Shown: positions 52,987 through 62,456, counted from the first letter of the stretch. The stretch is 64,000 nucleotides of DNA from an uncultured Patescibacteria group bacterium (GCA_938030745.1 CALHIP010000001.1:3817-67816); one strand, 5' to 3'. Translations and numbers: made by a program. The notes: generated by a model not told the origin, from the letters alone.

Positions 52987-53649
52987 TTAAAGAAGTTTAA
53001 AATTATTTATCTCTAAACCGAATTTATAACCTAAGTATTCAGCTGCTTTTCGGCAAAAAATCATTCTTTGGGTAAAGATTTCAAAATATTCCATAATTGG
53101 GCAGAATTTTGTATCAACTTTTAAGACCAATTTAATCTCCTTATTTTTTTTATTAATTTTTAGTCTTGAATCTTTTACTGCATAATTAACTCGATCGTGA
53201 AGATCTTTTTTAATTTTTTCTAAATCTTTTTCTCTTACTCTACTTCGGTGAACATCACTTTTATCAGCTAAAACGACAACTGCTGAGACTGGATTAGTAA
53301 ATTCCATTTCTGCTCGATCATGATTAGCAATTGCCTGAATAAGAATTGCCAATTCATTTGGTGAAAATTTTTCCTTAAAAAGCTGAGCAAAAATTATGGC
53401 TGCCCATAAATGATGACCCGAGCGATTAAGAAAGTTTCCTATATCATGACAAAAGCCAGCAATGGCAGAGAGTTCCTGTTCTTTTTTAGAAAGACCAATT
53501 TCTTTAGCAACATTTCTTGCTCGATCAGCAACCAAATTAGCATGTCTTATTCCATGATCAGTATGACCAATTGCATCTAAGGCCAAATCCGTTTGATAAA
53601 TAAACTCTAAAATGTAAGGATTTTTTTTAATTTGAGAAAGACTAAGCAT
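52987..53649 (-). CDS. HD-domain phosphohydrolase
   Basis: TDHGIRH, HDIGN, ADKSDVHRSRVR, HDRVNYAV. Confidence 0.88.
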   Translation of the reverse strand: MLSLSQIKKNPYILEFIYQTDLALDAIGHTDHGIRHANLVADRARNVAKEIGLSKKEQELSAIAGFCHDIGNFLNRSGHHLWAAIIFAQLFKEKFSPNELAILIQAIANHDRAEMEFTNPVSAVVVLADKSDVHRSRVREKDLEKIKKDLHDRVNYAVKDSRLKINKKNKEIKLVLKVDTKFCPIMEYFEIFTQRMIFCRKAAEYLGYKFGLEINNFKLL

Positions 53650-53719
53650 ATTTTATTGAATCCTTATAATTTTACCATTTAAATAACGACAGCTAAGATA
53701 ATTAATTTGAGGTAATTTG

Positions 53720-53810
53720 AGGTGACAGTCACCTAAAGATGATCTTTTAGAAGCCTCATCAATATTAACTTATAAAGGGAAAAATTGAATTTGGCAAAAA
53801 TTTAATCAAA
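53720..53810. repeat. Dual-palindrome dispersed element, copy D (inverted, partly decayed)
   Basis: ggtgacagtcacc 53721-53733 + 59 nt + ggcaaaaattt 53793; internal aaa..tgat and catcaa match copies A/B in reverse. Confidence 0.7.
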
Positions 53811-53835
53811 TTTTTGTTTTCGGAAAATTTTCTTT

Positions 53836-53940
53836 TCTAATTTTATTTGGCAAAAATTTTTGCCATTTTTAAAAATTTTGCTTATTTGATAGATTTGATG
53901 CGGGTTTTACTTTATCACTTTTCGGTGACTGTCACCTTTT
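53836..53940. repeat. Dual-palindrome dispersed element, copy A
   Basis: Near-identical over ~105 bp to 60550-60654. Confidence 0.9.
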
Positions 53941-54425
53941 TAATTTCCATGATGTCTGAATGGGGTAGAAGGTCTATAGCAAAAAGTAAAATTAACCAAA
54001 AAATAATAATTATCGCCCATTGAAAAGGTAATAACTTTTGATGGTAAAAAAGGATCATCTTTTTCCTTAATTGTTGCAGTTGTTGAATTGCTCTCCAAAC
54101 AGCAGAATAGGCAGCAGACAATTGAGGTGAAGAAATTTTTTCTTCTGGAACTTTCTTAAAAGTTTTACTTAACATAGTGATTGTTACCGAGGGATTAAGA
54201 ATGTGATAAGCCCAGTTTTTAGTTTTTTCTATTTTCCGATAGTGCTCTTTTATGATTTCTCTAACTTCTTCAGTGATTTCAGGAATTAAAGTAGAAAGCC
54301 GATAGAGTAAAGAAAATAGAACTAACAATAATTTCTCGATACCCTTCTATCTGAAGGTTAAAGAAAAATATAAAAAGGGAATATAAAATAATAAAAATAA
54401 AAATTATAACTAGATAATTCCTCAT
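53941..54425 (-). pseudogene. Disrupted membrane-protein gene
   Basis: ATG at 54425 (MRNYLVIIF...) stops early; the second frame (ORF 53915-54328) runs into the repeat and ends KKVTVTEK*, read from the palindrome. Confidence 0.55.
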
Positions 54426-54480
54426 ATTTTTATTTTAACATCATAAGAGAAAAAAGCAATATTGCTCCGATGGAAAATGT

Positions 54481-54569
54481 CGGAGGTGGGAGGATTCGAA
54501 CCTCCGATCCGCCTAATGGCGGATAGTGGTTTTCGAGACCACCCCAATCGTCCACTCTGGCACACCTCC
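54481..54569 (-). tRNA. tRNA-Ser(CGA)
   Basis: gtggt-CTCGAAA-accac; long variable arm; GTTCGAATC. Confidence 0.93.
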
Positions 54570-54607
54570 TTTTTAATTTTCTCAGATTTTAAAAGAAAAT
54601 CAATATT

Positions 54608-55834
54608 TTAAAGATTTATCATCAAACCAACAATTAACCAGAAAAGGATTGATAAATCATTTTTAAAATAAGGAGTATCAACTAATCCATGGATTAAAAT
54701 TACCACCATTGATGATAAAATGGCAATAATTAAGATTTTATCACTTTCCGCTAAATCTGGATTCCTGAATAATTTTTGAAATCCTAATTTAAAGAATTGA
54801 AAAATAATTAAGGCGAAAACAATTAAACCTAAAATACCCAATTCAGACCAAATAGCTAAAAACAAATTGTGCGGATAAGGATGAAATTCATTAGAAATTA
54901 TACCTTCAACTCCAGGTAAATAAAATGGTTTTTGATATTGGGGAATCAATTTTTGATAGCCACGAAGACCAGCACCAAAAATTGGTTGTTTTTTAATCAA
55001 TTTAATCGCTCCTTCCCAGATATTTACTCTTAATTGACCAGACAAATCTTTAAACGCAATTTTTTGCCAAAGATAATTTCGCTGAGGTGAGATAAATAAC
55101 AAATAATAAATGATAAATAATAAAATTAAAATAAAAATTAATCTTTGTTTTTTCTTAAAAGAAAATAAAAAAAAGAAAATTAAACCTATTGCTATTCCTA
55201 AAATTGCACCTTCACTTTTAGCAAAGATGATGGCTAAAATACTGAAAATAATTACCAATAACCAATAACCGATATTTAAAAAATTCAATTTATAATTTTT
55301 GATTAACTGACCAATGGCTAAAATCAATATTGGTCCGAGATATAGACCTAAAAAATTTGAATGTGGAAATGGGCCAGTTGAACGAATAATTGTCTTTAAA
55401 GGATATTGCCAACTCTCTAAACTTTCCATTCCTTGACCAGTTATTTTTTGCCAGATTGCAAAAGAAGAAATATAAAGAGCAGAAAAGCTCAGACTATAAA
55501 AGACAAAATTTAGATCTTTTTTTGTTTTAATTAAATCTAAAAAAACAATTAAAAATAAAATTGGTTCAAGAAAATAGGCTCGCCAATGACCTAAAGCTAA
55601 CCATTTATCAGGCGAAACAAAAACAGCAACAATCCCAATGATTAACCAGATAATAATAAATTTCCAATTGCCAATTGCCAATTGCCAACTACCAACCTTT
55701 ATTTTTTTTATTAACCACCAAAAGAATAAAGTCAAAATCATTATTTCTAGTAATGTAGTTGGCAGACCGAAAATTTTAAACCTGATTTGATAGGTTGGTA
55801 AACTAAATAAAATCAAAAACAAAAGCCACTTCAT
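54608..55834 (-). CDS. O-antigen ligase (Wzy_C) family membrane protein
   Basis: Multi-TM; PHSNFLG, SEGA, RVNIW, YPHNLFL..WSELG, HGLVDTPYFKND. Confidence 0.85.
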   Translation of the reverse strand: MKWLLFLILFSLPTYQIRFKIFGLPTTLLEIMILTLFFWWLIKKIKVGSWQLAIGNWKFIIIWLIIGIVAVFVSPDKWLALGHWRAYFLEPILFLIVFLDLIKTKKDLNFVFYSLSFSALYISSFAIWQKITGQGMESLESWQYPLKTIIRSTGPFPHSNFLGLYLGPILILAIGQLIKNYKLNFLNIGYWLLVIIFSILAIIFAKSEGAILGIAIGLIFFFLFSFKKKQRLIFILILLFIIYYLLFISPQRNYLWQKIAFKDLSGQLRVNIWEGAIKLIKKQPIFGAGLRGYQKLIPQYQKPFYLPGVEGIISNEFHPYPHNLFLAIWSELGILGLIVFALIIFQFFKLGFQKLFRNPDLAESDKILIIAILSSMVVILIHGLVDTPYFKNDLSILFWLIVGLMINL

Positions 55835-55910
55835 ATTTTAATTTTATCATTTAATCATTGATTGGTAAATTTAATTTGCTTTAAAAATGGTTTGTGATAT
55901 AATAAAATTT

Positions 55911-57443
55911 ATGGAAAAAGAAAAAAAATCAGCAAGTTGGCGAGAAATCATTGTCAGTATTATTGTTGCTTTTATTTTAGTTATTATTATCTCTTTTCTT
56001 TTAAGATTCTTAGAGAAACTTCTAGTTAAAGAAGCAGAGGCAAAAATTTTGGATTATCAGGCAAAAAGGATTGAACAAAATCCAGTTGAAGTTATCAATA
56101 TAGAAGCGAACAAATCAATTACTTTTTTAGTGAAATTTAAAAATGTTGGCCAGAAAGATTGGCTTAAAGGAAAAGTGGCTTTAAAAACTGCTACCCAAAA
56201 AAAGAGTTTATTTGCTCATCCTGATTGGCCAAGTCAAAATACTTGTTATATTGTTAAATGGGGAGTGCCAAAAAATACTGTTGGCACTTTTAAATTTGCT
56301 TTGAAGGCACCCCAAATAAATGGCCTTTATTGGGAGAAATTTCAATTATTTGTTGGTGATCAAAAAATTCAAGATGGAGAAATAGAAATTGGAATGAAAG
56401 TTTATGGAGGAAAAAATCCAGAACCTATTTTAGAGCAAGAATCTTCTAATGGTCTTTTTTGGCGATCTCTCTCTTCAGATTATCAGATCATCGAAGAAAA
56501 AAAATATGATCAGCAACCTCAAATTAAAGTCGGTCTTTTTTATGTTGAAAAAAAAGATGATCAAAACCAAGAAGGTATTTCTCGTTTACCAATTAAGATC
56601 AAAACTTTATATGGAGTTCCTTATCAGGTAAAAACGAAAAGTAATTATTTAATTTTAACTCAAACGAAAGGTGAAGAAACAGAAATAGATTTTAATTTTG
56701 AAAATAAAAGATACTTTATCAATGTCAATGGTCAAAGAATTGCTTCAACTGATGAATCAATAAAATTTATTCCTCTTTTTGATGGAACAATTTTCCAGAT
56801 TTCCTCATGGTATCGTGGTCCATTCTGGGGACAGGAAGTAAATGACAATGAATATCGGGGAACCTTAGAGATTCGTTTTAATCCAGTAACTAATCGTTTA
56901 TGGTTAATTAATGAATTACCAATTGAAGAATATTTAAAAGGTGTAGCTGAGGTTCAAGATTTTTATCCATTTGAAATGCTTAAAGCCCAAAAAATTGCTG
57001 CCCGAACTTATGCCTTTTTCCGCTATCTATTTCCAAAATATATTAAGGTTCCAGAAGGTGAAGATCCAATTTTTGCTGTAAGAGCAACCCAAGTTGATCA
57101 AGTTTATCGTGGCTATAAATGGGAATTACGTTCGCCAAATACACAAAAAGCAGTTGAAGAAACAAAAGGAATGGTAATTTTTTATGGCCAAGATCCAATT
57201 CTTGCCTATTATTTTGCTCAATCAGATGGTCGAACAAGATCTTCTTGTGAAGCAAAAATGACAAAAGAATGTTTACCCTATCTTGTCTCAGTTTTAGATC
57301 CGCCAGGTAAAGGAAAAACTTTAAAAGGTCACGGAGTAGGAATGCCACAACAAGGAGCAAAAGTAGCTGCTGAAGAAGGAGCGAATTTCCATCAAATTTT
57401 AAGATATTATTATCAAGGAGTGCAAATAAAAAAGATTTGGTAA
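55911..57443 (+). CDS. SpoIID/LytB-domain protein with N-terminal TM and Ig-like domain
   Basis: YRGTLE, INELPIEEYLKGV.E, LKAQ..AARTYA, DQVYRG, GHGVGMPQ.GA, IL.YYY; start chosen at ATG 7 nt after TATAAT. Confidence 0.88.
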   Translation: MEKEKKSASWREIIVSIIVAFILVIIISFLLRFLEKLLVKEAEAKILDYQAKRIEQNPVEVINIEANKSITFLVKFKNVGQKDWLKGKVALKTATQKKSLFAHPDWPSQNTCYIVKWGVPKNTVGTFKFALKAPQINGLYWEKFQLFVGDQKIQDGEIEIGMKVYGGKNPEPILEQESSNGLFWRSLSSDYQIIEEKKYDQQPQIKVGLFYVEKKDDQNQEGISRLPIKIKTLYGVPYQVKTKSNYLILTQTKGEETEIDFNFENKRYFINVNGQRIASTDESIKFIPLFDGTIFQISSWYRGPFWGQEVNDNEYRGTLEIRFNPVTNRLWLINELPIEEYLKGVAEVQDFYPFEMLKAQKIAARTYAFFRYLFPKYIKVPEGEDPIFAVRATQVDQVYRGYKWELRSPNTQKAVEETKGMVIFYGQDPILAYYFAQSDGRTRSSCEAKMTKECLPYLVSVLDPPGKGKTLKGHGVGMPQQGAKVAAEEGANFHQILRYYYQGVQIKKIW

Positions 57444-57447
57444 GACC

Positions 57448-58332
57448 ATGAAATATATTGATTTACATCTTCACTCTTATTATTCTGATGGCATTTATTC
57501 ACCAAAAGATTTAGTCAAGAAAGCAAAAAAAGAAGGTTTTTCTATTATTTCCTTAACTGATCATCAAGTAATTGATGGAATCAAAGAGGCAATCAAAGAA
57601 GGAAAAAAATATCGAATTAAGATTATTCCTGGTGTTGAAATTAATACAAGATTTAAAAATTATTCCTTTCATCTATTAGGTTATGGAATTGATTTAAAAA
57701 ACAAAGAATTAAATTTAGTTCTTGAAAAAATGCAAAATGAAAGAAAGAAGAATGTTGAAAAATGTATTTTCCAACTAAAAAATCAGGGATTTGAAATTGA
57801 AGAAAATAAAGTTTTTAAAACACCATCAAAAGATATAGGATTAGGTTGGATTACAAGTTTTCTTTATCAAGGTAAAAATTGGAAAAAAATAAAAAATGAT
57901 TTTAAATTAAAAAGGGGGCAAATTATCACTCTACCAGAAATTTATAAAAAATATTTTCTCATCAATGGAAAAGAGATTCTTTCTCCTTCACAAATTCCTT
58001 TTGAGAGAGCTGTTTCTTTAATCAAAAAAGCTAATGGCTTAGTTGTTTTAGCCCATCCTTCTCAGCAACTCTCATGGTCTGATGATTGGCTTTTTCCAAT
58101 TTTAAAGAAGAAGGGTCTTGATGGAATTGAAGCAATCTCCTCTCATCATAACTGGTCTAATATCGAACATTATCAAAAAATTGCTAAAGAACTAAAGCTT
58201 TTAATTACAATTGGTTCTGATTATCACGGTGATCTACCTTTAAAATGGGGATTTCCAATTAAAAGTCTTTGGCAATATTTTAAAATTGAAATTAATAAAG
58301 AAATAAAAAAATTAATTGCTGTTCTCTCATAA
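57448..58332 (+). CDS. PHP-domain phosphoesterase
   Basis: DLHLHS..SDG, LTDH, GVE, HLLGY, AHP, GSDYHG. Confidence 0.92.
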   Translation: MKYIDLHLHSYYSDGIYSPKDLVKKAKKEGFSIISLTDHQVIDGIKEAIKEGKKYRIKIIPGVEINTRFKNYSFHLLGYGIDLKNKELNLVLEKMQNERKKNVEKCIFQLKNQGFEIEENKVFKTPSKDIGLGWITSFLYQGKNWKKIKNDFKLKRGQIITLPEIYKKYFLINGKEILSPSQIPFERAVSLIKKANGLVVLAHPSQQLSWSDDWLFPILKKKGLDGIEAISSHHNWSNIEHYQKIAKELKLLITIGSDYHGDLPLKWGFPIKSLWQYFKIEINKEIKKLIAVLS

Positions 58333-58336
58333 TTTT

Positions 58337-59788
58337 ATGAATGTTCTTTATGCAACTTCTGAATTAACACCAATCGCTAAAGTTGGTGGTCTAGGAGATG
58401 TTGCTGGTAGTTTACCAAAGGCAATTAAAAATTTAGGAGTTGATATTCGAGTTGTCTTACCTCGATACGATATAATTGATGAAAAAAAATATTCTCTACA
58501 ATTTTTAGGTGAGAGGAAAATTAAATTTGGCCAAATTGATGAATTAGTAAAAATTTATCAAACAAAAATTCCTGATTCTTCAGTGCCTGTTTATTTAATA
58601 GAAAATAAAAGATATTTAACTTCCGGAGGAATTTATTTTGAAAAATCTGCATTTGTCGAAAAATTCGCTGAGATCGAAAGATTTTTATTTTTTTCTTATG
58701 CAGTCTATCAATTATTTGGAGAAGAATCTAAATTATTATGGCAACCAGATATTATCCATTGTCAGGACTGGCATGTAGCAATCATTCCTTTATTAATAAA
58801 ATTAAAAAAATTAAAAATTAAAACTTTACTTACAATTCATAACTTAGCTAATCAAGGAAAATGGAATGCTCAAGAAATTTTTGATTTTTTAGGAATAAAA
58901 GGTGATGAAATAGATTCTTTAAAAATTAGATTTAATGGAGATTTAAATTTAATCCAACAAGGAATTTTAAATGCTGATTTTATTAATACTGTTAGTCCTT
59001 CCTATGCTCAAGAAATTTTAACAAAAGAATTTGGCGAAGGATTAGAAGAGACAATTTTAAAAAGGAAAAATAATTTATTCGGTATTTTAAATGGTATTGA
59101 TGAAGAAAGATTTTCTCCAGAAAAAGATAAAGAAATAAAAGTTAATTATTCAATTAGAAGTTTAGAAAAGAAAAAAGAGAATAAAAAAGATCTCCAACAA
59201 ATCACTAATTTATCAATAACTGATGAACCTCTTTTTGGTTTTATTTCTCGATTAACTGATCAAAAGGGTTCAGAGTTAATTTATCAGATTGCTGACAGAT
59301 TGGTCAAATTGGGTTGTCAAATTGTTTTTTTAGGTCAGGGACAAGATTACTATGAAAATCAACTTAAAGAATTAATAAAGAAATATCCAAAAAATATTTT
59401 CACTAAAATTGGTTTTGATCCTTCTTTAGCTCAAAAAATTTATGCAGGTGCAGATATTTTTCTAATGCCTTCCCGTTTTGAACCTTGTGGTTTAGGTCAG
59501 ATGATTGCAATGAAATATGGCACTGTTCCAATTGTCCGAGCAGTTGGTGGACTAAAAGATTCTGTTGAAGATACTAAAATAGTAAATGGAAAAGTCTTTG
59601 GAACAGGTTTTGTTTTCAAAAAATATGAGGCGGAAGAACTTTTCCAAACAATTAAAAGAGCTTTAAATTTTTTTCAAAATAAAAAAATCTGGCGAAAAAT
59701 CCAAGAAAATGGAATGAGAAAAGATTTTTCCTGGAAAAGTTCAGCAAAAAAATATCTTCAATTATATAAGAAATTATTTAAATCTTAA
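58337..59788 (+). CDS. glgA: Glycogen/starch synthase
   Basis: KVGGLGDV, HCQDWH, TIHNL, PSRFEPCGL; ATG 58337 preferred to TTG 58316. Confidence 0.94.
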   Translation: MNVLYATSELTPIAKVGGLGDVAGSLPKAIKNLGVDIRVVLPRYDIIDEKKYSLQFLGERKIKFGQIDELVKIYQTKIPDSSVPVYLIENKRYLTSGGIYFEKSAFVEKFAEIERFLFFSYAVYQLFGEESKLLWQPDIIHCQDWHVAIIPLLIKLKKLKIKTLLTIHNLANQGKWNAQEIFDFLGIKGDEIDSLKIRFNGDLNLIQQGILNADFINTVSPSYAQEILTKEFGEGLEETILKRKNNLFGILNGIDEERFSPEKDKEIKVNYSIRSLEKKKENKKDLQQITNLSITDEPLFGFISRLTDQKGSELIYQIADRLVKLGCQIVFLGQGQDYYENQLKELIKKYPKNIFTKIGFDPSLAQKIYAGADIFLMPSRFEPCGLGQMIAMKYGTVPIVRAVGGLKDSVEDTKIVNGKVFGTGFVFKKYEAEELFQTIKRALNFFQNKKIWRKIQENGMRKDFSWKSSAKKYLQLYKKLFKS

Positions 59789-59793
59789 TTTTA

Positions 59794-59864
59794 AGCGGGA
59801 TACCAGAGTCGAACTGGCGCCTACTCCTTGGAAGGGAGTCGTACTACCGTTATACTAATCCCGC
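59794..59864 (-). tRNA. tRNA-Gly(TCC)
   Basis: actcc-CTTCCAA-ggagt; GTTCGACTC. Confidence 0.93.
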
Positions 59865-60548
59865 TTATAATTTTAAGTTTAAATAATTTCGAGCAAATTT
59901 CAATCTTTCTTCAGTGCCGATATCGATCCATTTACCTTTATGAATATAACTGTAAAGTTCTCCTTTTTTAGCAAGTTTTGGTAAGAGTTCAGTCTCAAGT
60001 AAAAATTTTCTCTTTTTAATTTTTTTAAATATATCTGGAAAGAAGATGTAAAAGCCTGCATTAATATAACCAGCTATTTTCTTTTTTGGTTTTTCTAAAA
60101 AATTTGTTACTTGACCATTTTTTTTAAATTTGACTAAACCATAAGAAAGGGCGTTTTTTACTTTATAAAGAGCAACAATATTTTTTTTAGTTTTATGAAA
60201 AAATTTAAGAAATTTTTTTAAATTAAGATTACTTATTACATCACCATTGATAACTATGAAAGGTTCTTTTAAATCTTTTGAAGCAAATTTTATTGCTCCA
60301 CCAGTCAATAATGGTCTTTTTTCAATTACCCATTCAGATTTTATTTTTTTCTTTTTTAAAAATTTTATAATTTGATCTGCTCTTTCACCTAAACTTAAAC
60401 GAATATCATCAAAACCGTATTTTTTCAACAAATTTAGTTGCCATTCTAAAACACTTTTACCTTTTATCTTAACCAAAACTTTTGGAATTCTTTTTGCTGA
60501 AACAGGAAGACGGGTTGCTTTTCCTCCAGCTAAAATAATTACTTTCAT
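59865..60548 (-). CDS. Sugar-phosphate nucleotidyltransferase
   Basis: ILAGGKATRL, PK, INGD, FLEKP, INAGFY, WIDIGT. Confidence 0.9.
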   Translation of the reverse strand: MKVIILAGGKATRLPVSAKRIPKVLVKIKGKSVLEWQLNLLKKYGFDDIRLSLGERADQIIKFLKKKKIKSEWVIEKRPLLTGGAIKFASKDLKEPFIVINGDVISNLNLKKFLKFFHKTKKNIVALYKVKNALSYGLVKFKKNGQVTNFLEKPKKKIAGYINAGFYIFFPDIFKKIKKRKFLLETELLPKLAKKGELYSYIHKGKWIDIGTEERLKFARNYLNLKL

Positions 60549-60549
60549 A

Positions 60550-60654
60550 TCTAATTTTATTTGGCAAAAATTTTTGCCATTTTTAAAAATTTGGCTTATT
60601 TGATAGATTTGATGCTGGTTTTAGCCTATCACTTTTCGGTGACTGTCACCTTTT
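60550..60654. repeat. Dual-palindrome dispersed element, copy B
   Basis: tggcaaaaatttttgcca + 59-nt gap + ggtgactgtcacc; 5 nt from tRNA-Pro 3' end. Confidence 0.9.
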
Positions 60655-60659
60655 AAAAA

Positions 60660-60733
60660 TCGGGGTACTGGGATTTGAACCCAGAATCTCCTGCTCCCAA
60701 AGCAGGTGCCTTAAACCGTTAGGCCATACCCCG
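60660..60733 (-). tRNA. tRNA-Pro(TGG)
   Basis: cctgc-TTTGGGA-gcagg; GTTCAAATC. Confidence 0.93.
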
Positions 60734-60746
60734 TTTAATAATTTTT

Positions 60747-61256
60747 TTACCATTTACTTTTTCTAATGTCAAGCCAAAAACCAAGATGATTAATTAAAAT
60801 ATGTAAGAAAAAATTTAAAATAAAAGAAAGGAAAATAAATTCAAAAGAGGGTTTAAAAATAAAAGAGATAAAAACAATAGCGCCTAAAGTATAATCAATC
60901 TGATCAAAAGGGATCCATCTTTCTCCAGGTAATTTTCCAACCCTTCTTTTAAAAAAACTTTTTATTAAATCACCAAATAAAGCACCAAAACCAAGACAAA
61001 AACCAATAAGTAAAAAATTTTTTGAATAATCTAAATAAGAAATTTTTTTGAAAAATGGAAATTCAAAAAAAAGTCTTTGAAGAGAAACAATAAAAAGAGA
61101 AAAAATTATTCCCGAAAAAAATCCAGCATAAGTTTTATGAGAACCGAAAATTTTTTTTGAAATAGGAAAATCTAAAAATTTTAATTTAAAAATTGAAGCG
61201 GTTATATTTGCCGCATACGCTGGTAGAAAAAACCAAATAATTTTAAGAAAAATCAT
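60747..61256 (-). CDS. CDP-archaeol synthase (CarS/DUF46)-like membrane protein
   Basis: PAYAAN, G.HKT..GF, GAL.GDL.KSFFKRR.G..PG, PFDQID. Confidence 0.8.
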   Translation of the reverse strand: MIFLKIIWFFLPAYAANITASIFKLKFLDFPISKKIFGSHKTYAGFFSGIIFSLFIVSLQRLFFEFPFFKKISYLDYSKNFLLIGFCLGFGALFGDLIKSFFKRRVGKLPGERWIPFDQIDYTLGAIVFISFIFKPSFEFIFLSFILNFFLHILINHLGFWLDIRKSKW

Positions 61257-61783
61257 TTTTTTTGATTAGTAAAATAATCAATAGCAGTAATAGCAATAAT
61301 AAAAAAAGTTAAATAAGCCATTGTATATTTAAAAGGAGAGTTAATAATAAAAAGAGCTAAATTAGTATAGACAAAATATGAGTTGATAGTGGTACTTGGA
61401 CGTCGGCCTGGCAAAGTAATTTTTTTATTTTTTATTGTATGTTTTAGAACACTAACAAAAACCAATAATGTAGCAATAATAATTCCTATTTTAATAAGAA
61501 GTGTAAATTCATTAAGAAAAAAAAGTGGGATAACTGCACCATAAACGAGAAAAAGATCAGCTAAACTATCAAGAGTCTCTCCTATTTTTGAAACAAGTTT
61601 AAAACGTCTAGCTAGATCGCCATCCAAAAGGTCAGTAGCAACACCAATTAAAAAAATAACAAAAGCCTGGCGACGATAGCCGGAAAAAATCAATCCTAAA
61701 ACAATAAATGCCAAAACTATTCTTAAGATTGTTAAACTATTGACAAAGTAAAAAAGAAATTTTCTTCTCTTCTCAGAGATCAT
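61253..61783 (-). CDS. CDP-alcohol phosphatidyltransferase
   Basis: NSLT.LR, D..DG..AR...S..G..LD..AD signature. Confidence 0.9.
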   Translation of the reverse strand: MISEKRRKFLFYFVNSLTILRIVLAFIVLGLIFSGYRRQAFVIFLIGVATDLLDGDLARRFKLVSKIGETLDSLADLFLVYGAVIPLFFLNEFTLLIKIGIIIATLLVFVSVLKHTIKNKKITLPGRRPSTTINSYFVYTNLALFIINSPFKYTMAYLTFFIIAITAIDYFTNQKK

Positions 61784-61792
61784 TTTTAGTAA

Positions 61793-61864
61793 TGCCGAGG
61801 GGCAGAATCGAACTGCCGACGCCAGGATTTTCAGTCCTGCGCTCTACCACTGAGCTACCTCGGC
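61793..61864 (-). tRNA. tRNA-Phe(GAA)
   Basis: cagga-CTGAAAA-tcctg. Confidence 0.94.
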
Positions 61865-61874
61865 TAAAAATAAC

Positions 61875-61947
61875 TGGGCGGCGATGGATTCGAACCATCG
61901 ACCTCTCGCGTGTAAGGCGAACGCTCTTGCCCCTGAGCTAGCCGCCC
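61875..61947 (-). tRNA. tRNA-Val(TAC)
   Basis: ttcgc-CTTACAC-gcgag; GTTCGAATC. Confidence 0.93.
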
Positions 61948-61963
61948 AAAAAAGTAAGGTAAA

Positions 61964-62035
61964 AGGCCAGGACGGGAATTGCACCCGTGTATAGCTGTTT
62001 TGCAGACAGCTGCCTTACTACTTGGCTACCTGGCC
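61964..62035 (-). tRNA. tRNA-Cys(GCA)
   Basis: gctgt-CTGCAAA-acagc; atypical T-loop TGCAATT and D-loop AG. Confidence 0.9.
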
Positions 62036-62102
62036 AAAGGTTTATAAATACCAAAATTTTTTCGCTTAATTGAAAAGCGAAAGAAAAATTCTTGTCAAAG
62101 AT

Positions 62103-62384
62103 TTAGATTCCTCTTCTGGTGTTTTCTTCAATTGAGATAAGAAGTTGTAAAAATTCAGCAGCACCATTGAAAACAATGTAACCAAAAATACCGTAGGCAA
62201 GATAATAAAGACTGGAGAAAAGTTCTCCACCATGAACTGCCGGTACTTTTACTCCTAAAACACCAACATCAAATCCTCCTATTAGAATCACAATAAAAAC
62301 AATAAAACCTCCAATTAACCAAAGCCATGCAAAAACCTTAGCAATTTGGGCAAGGATCAAAAGATAAGGAAATTTTTCTTTCAT
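62103..62384 (-). CDS. Small hypothetical membrane protein
   Basis: Two TMs, C-terminal LLISIEENTR. Confidence 0.7.
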   Translation of the reverse strand: MKEKFPYLLILAQIAKVFAWLWLIGGFIVFIVILIGGFDVGVLGVKVPAVHGGELFSSLYYLAYGIFGYIVFNGAAEFLQLLISIEENTRRGI

Positions 62385-62456
62385 AAATCACATTTAAAAT
62401 TTAAACCGACCTTTATAAAACATTCTACTAAATTAAAAATAAAAGTAAAGAGTGTT

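Noticed and set aside
44311-60654. CRISPR array
   Set aside because: Palindromic repeats are dispersed, not tandem with unique spacers; no cas genes.
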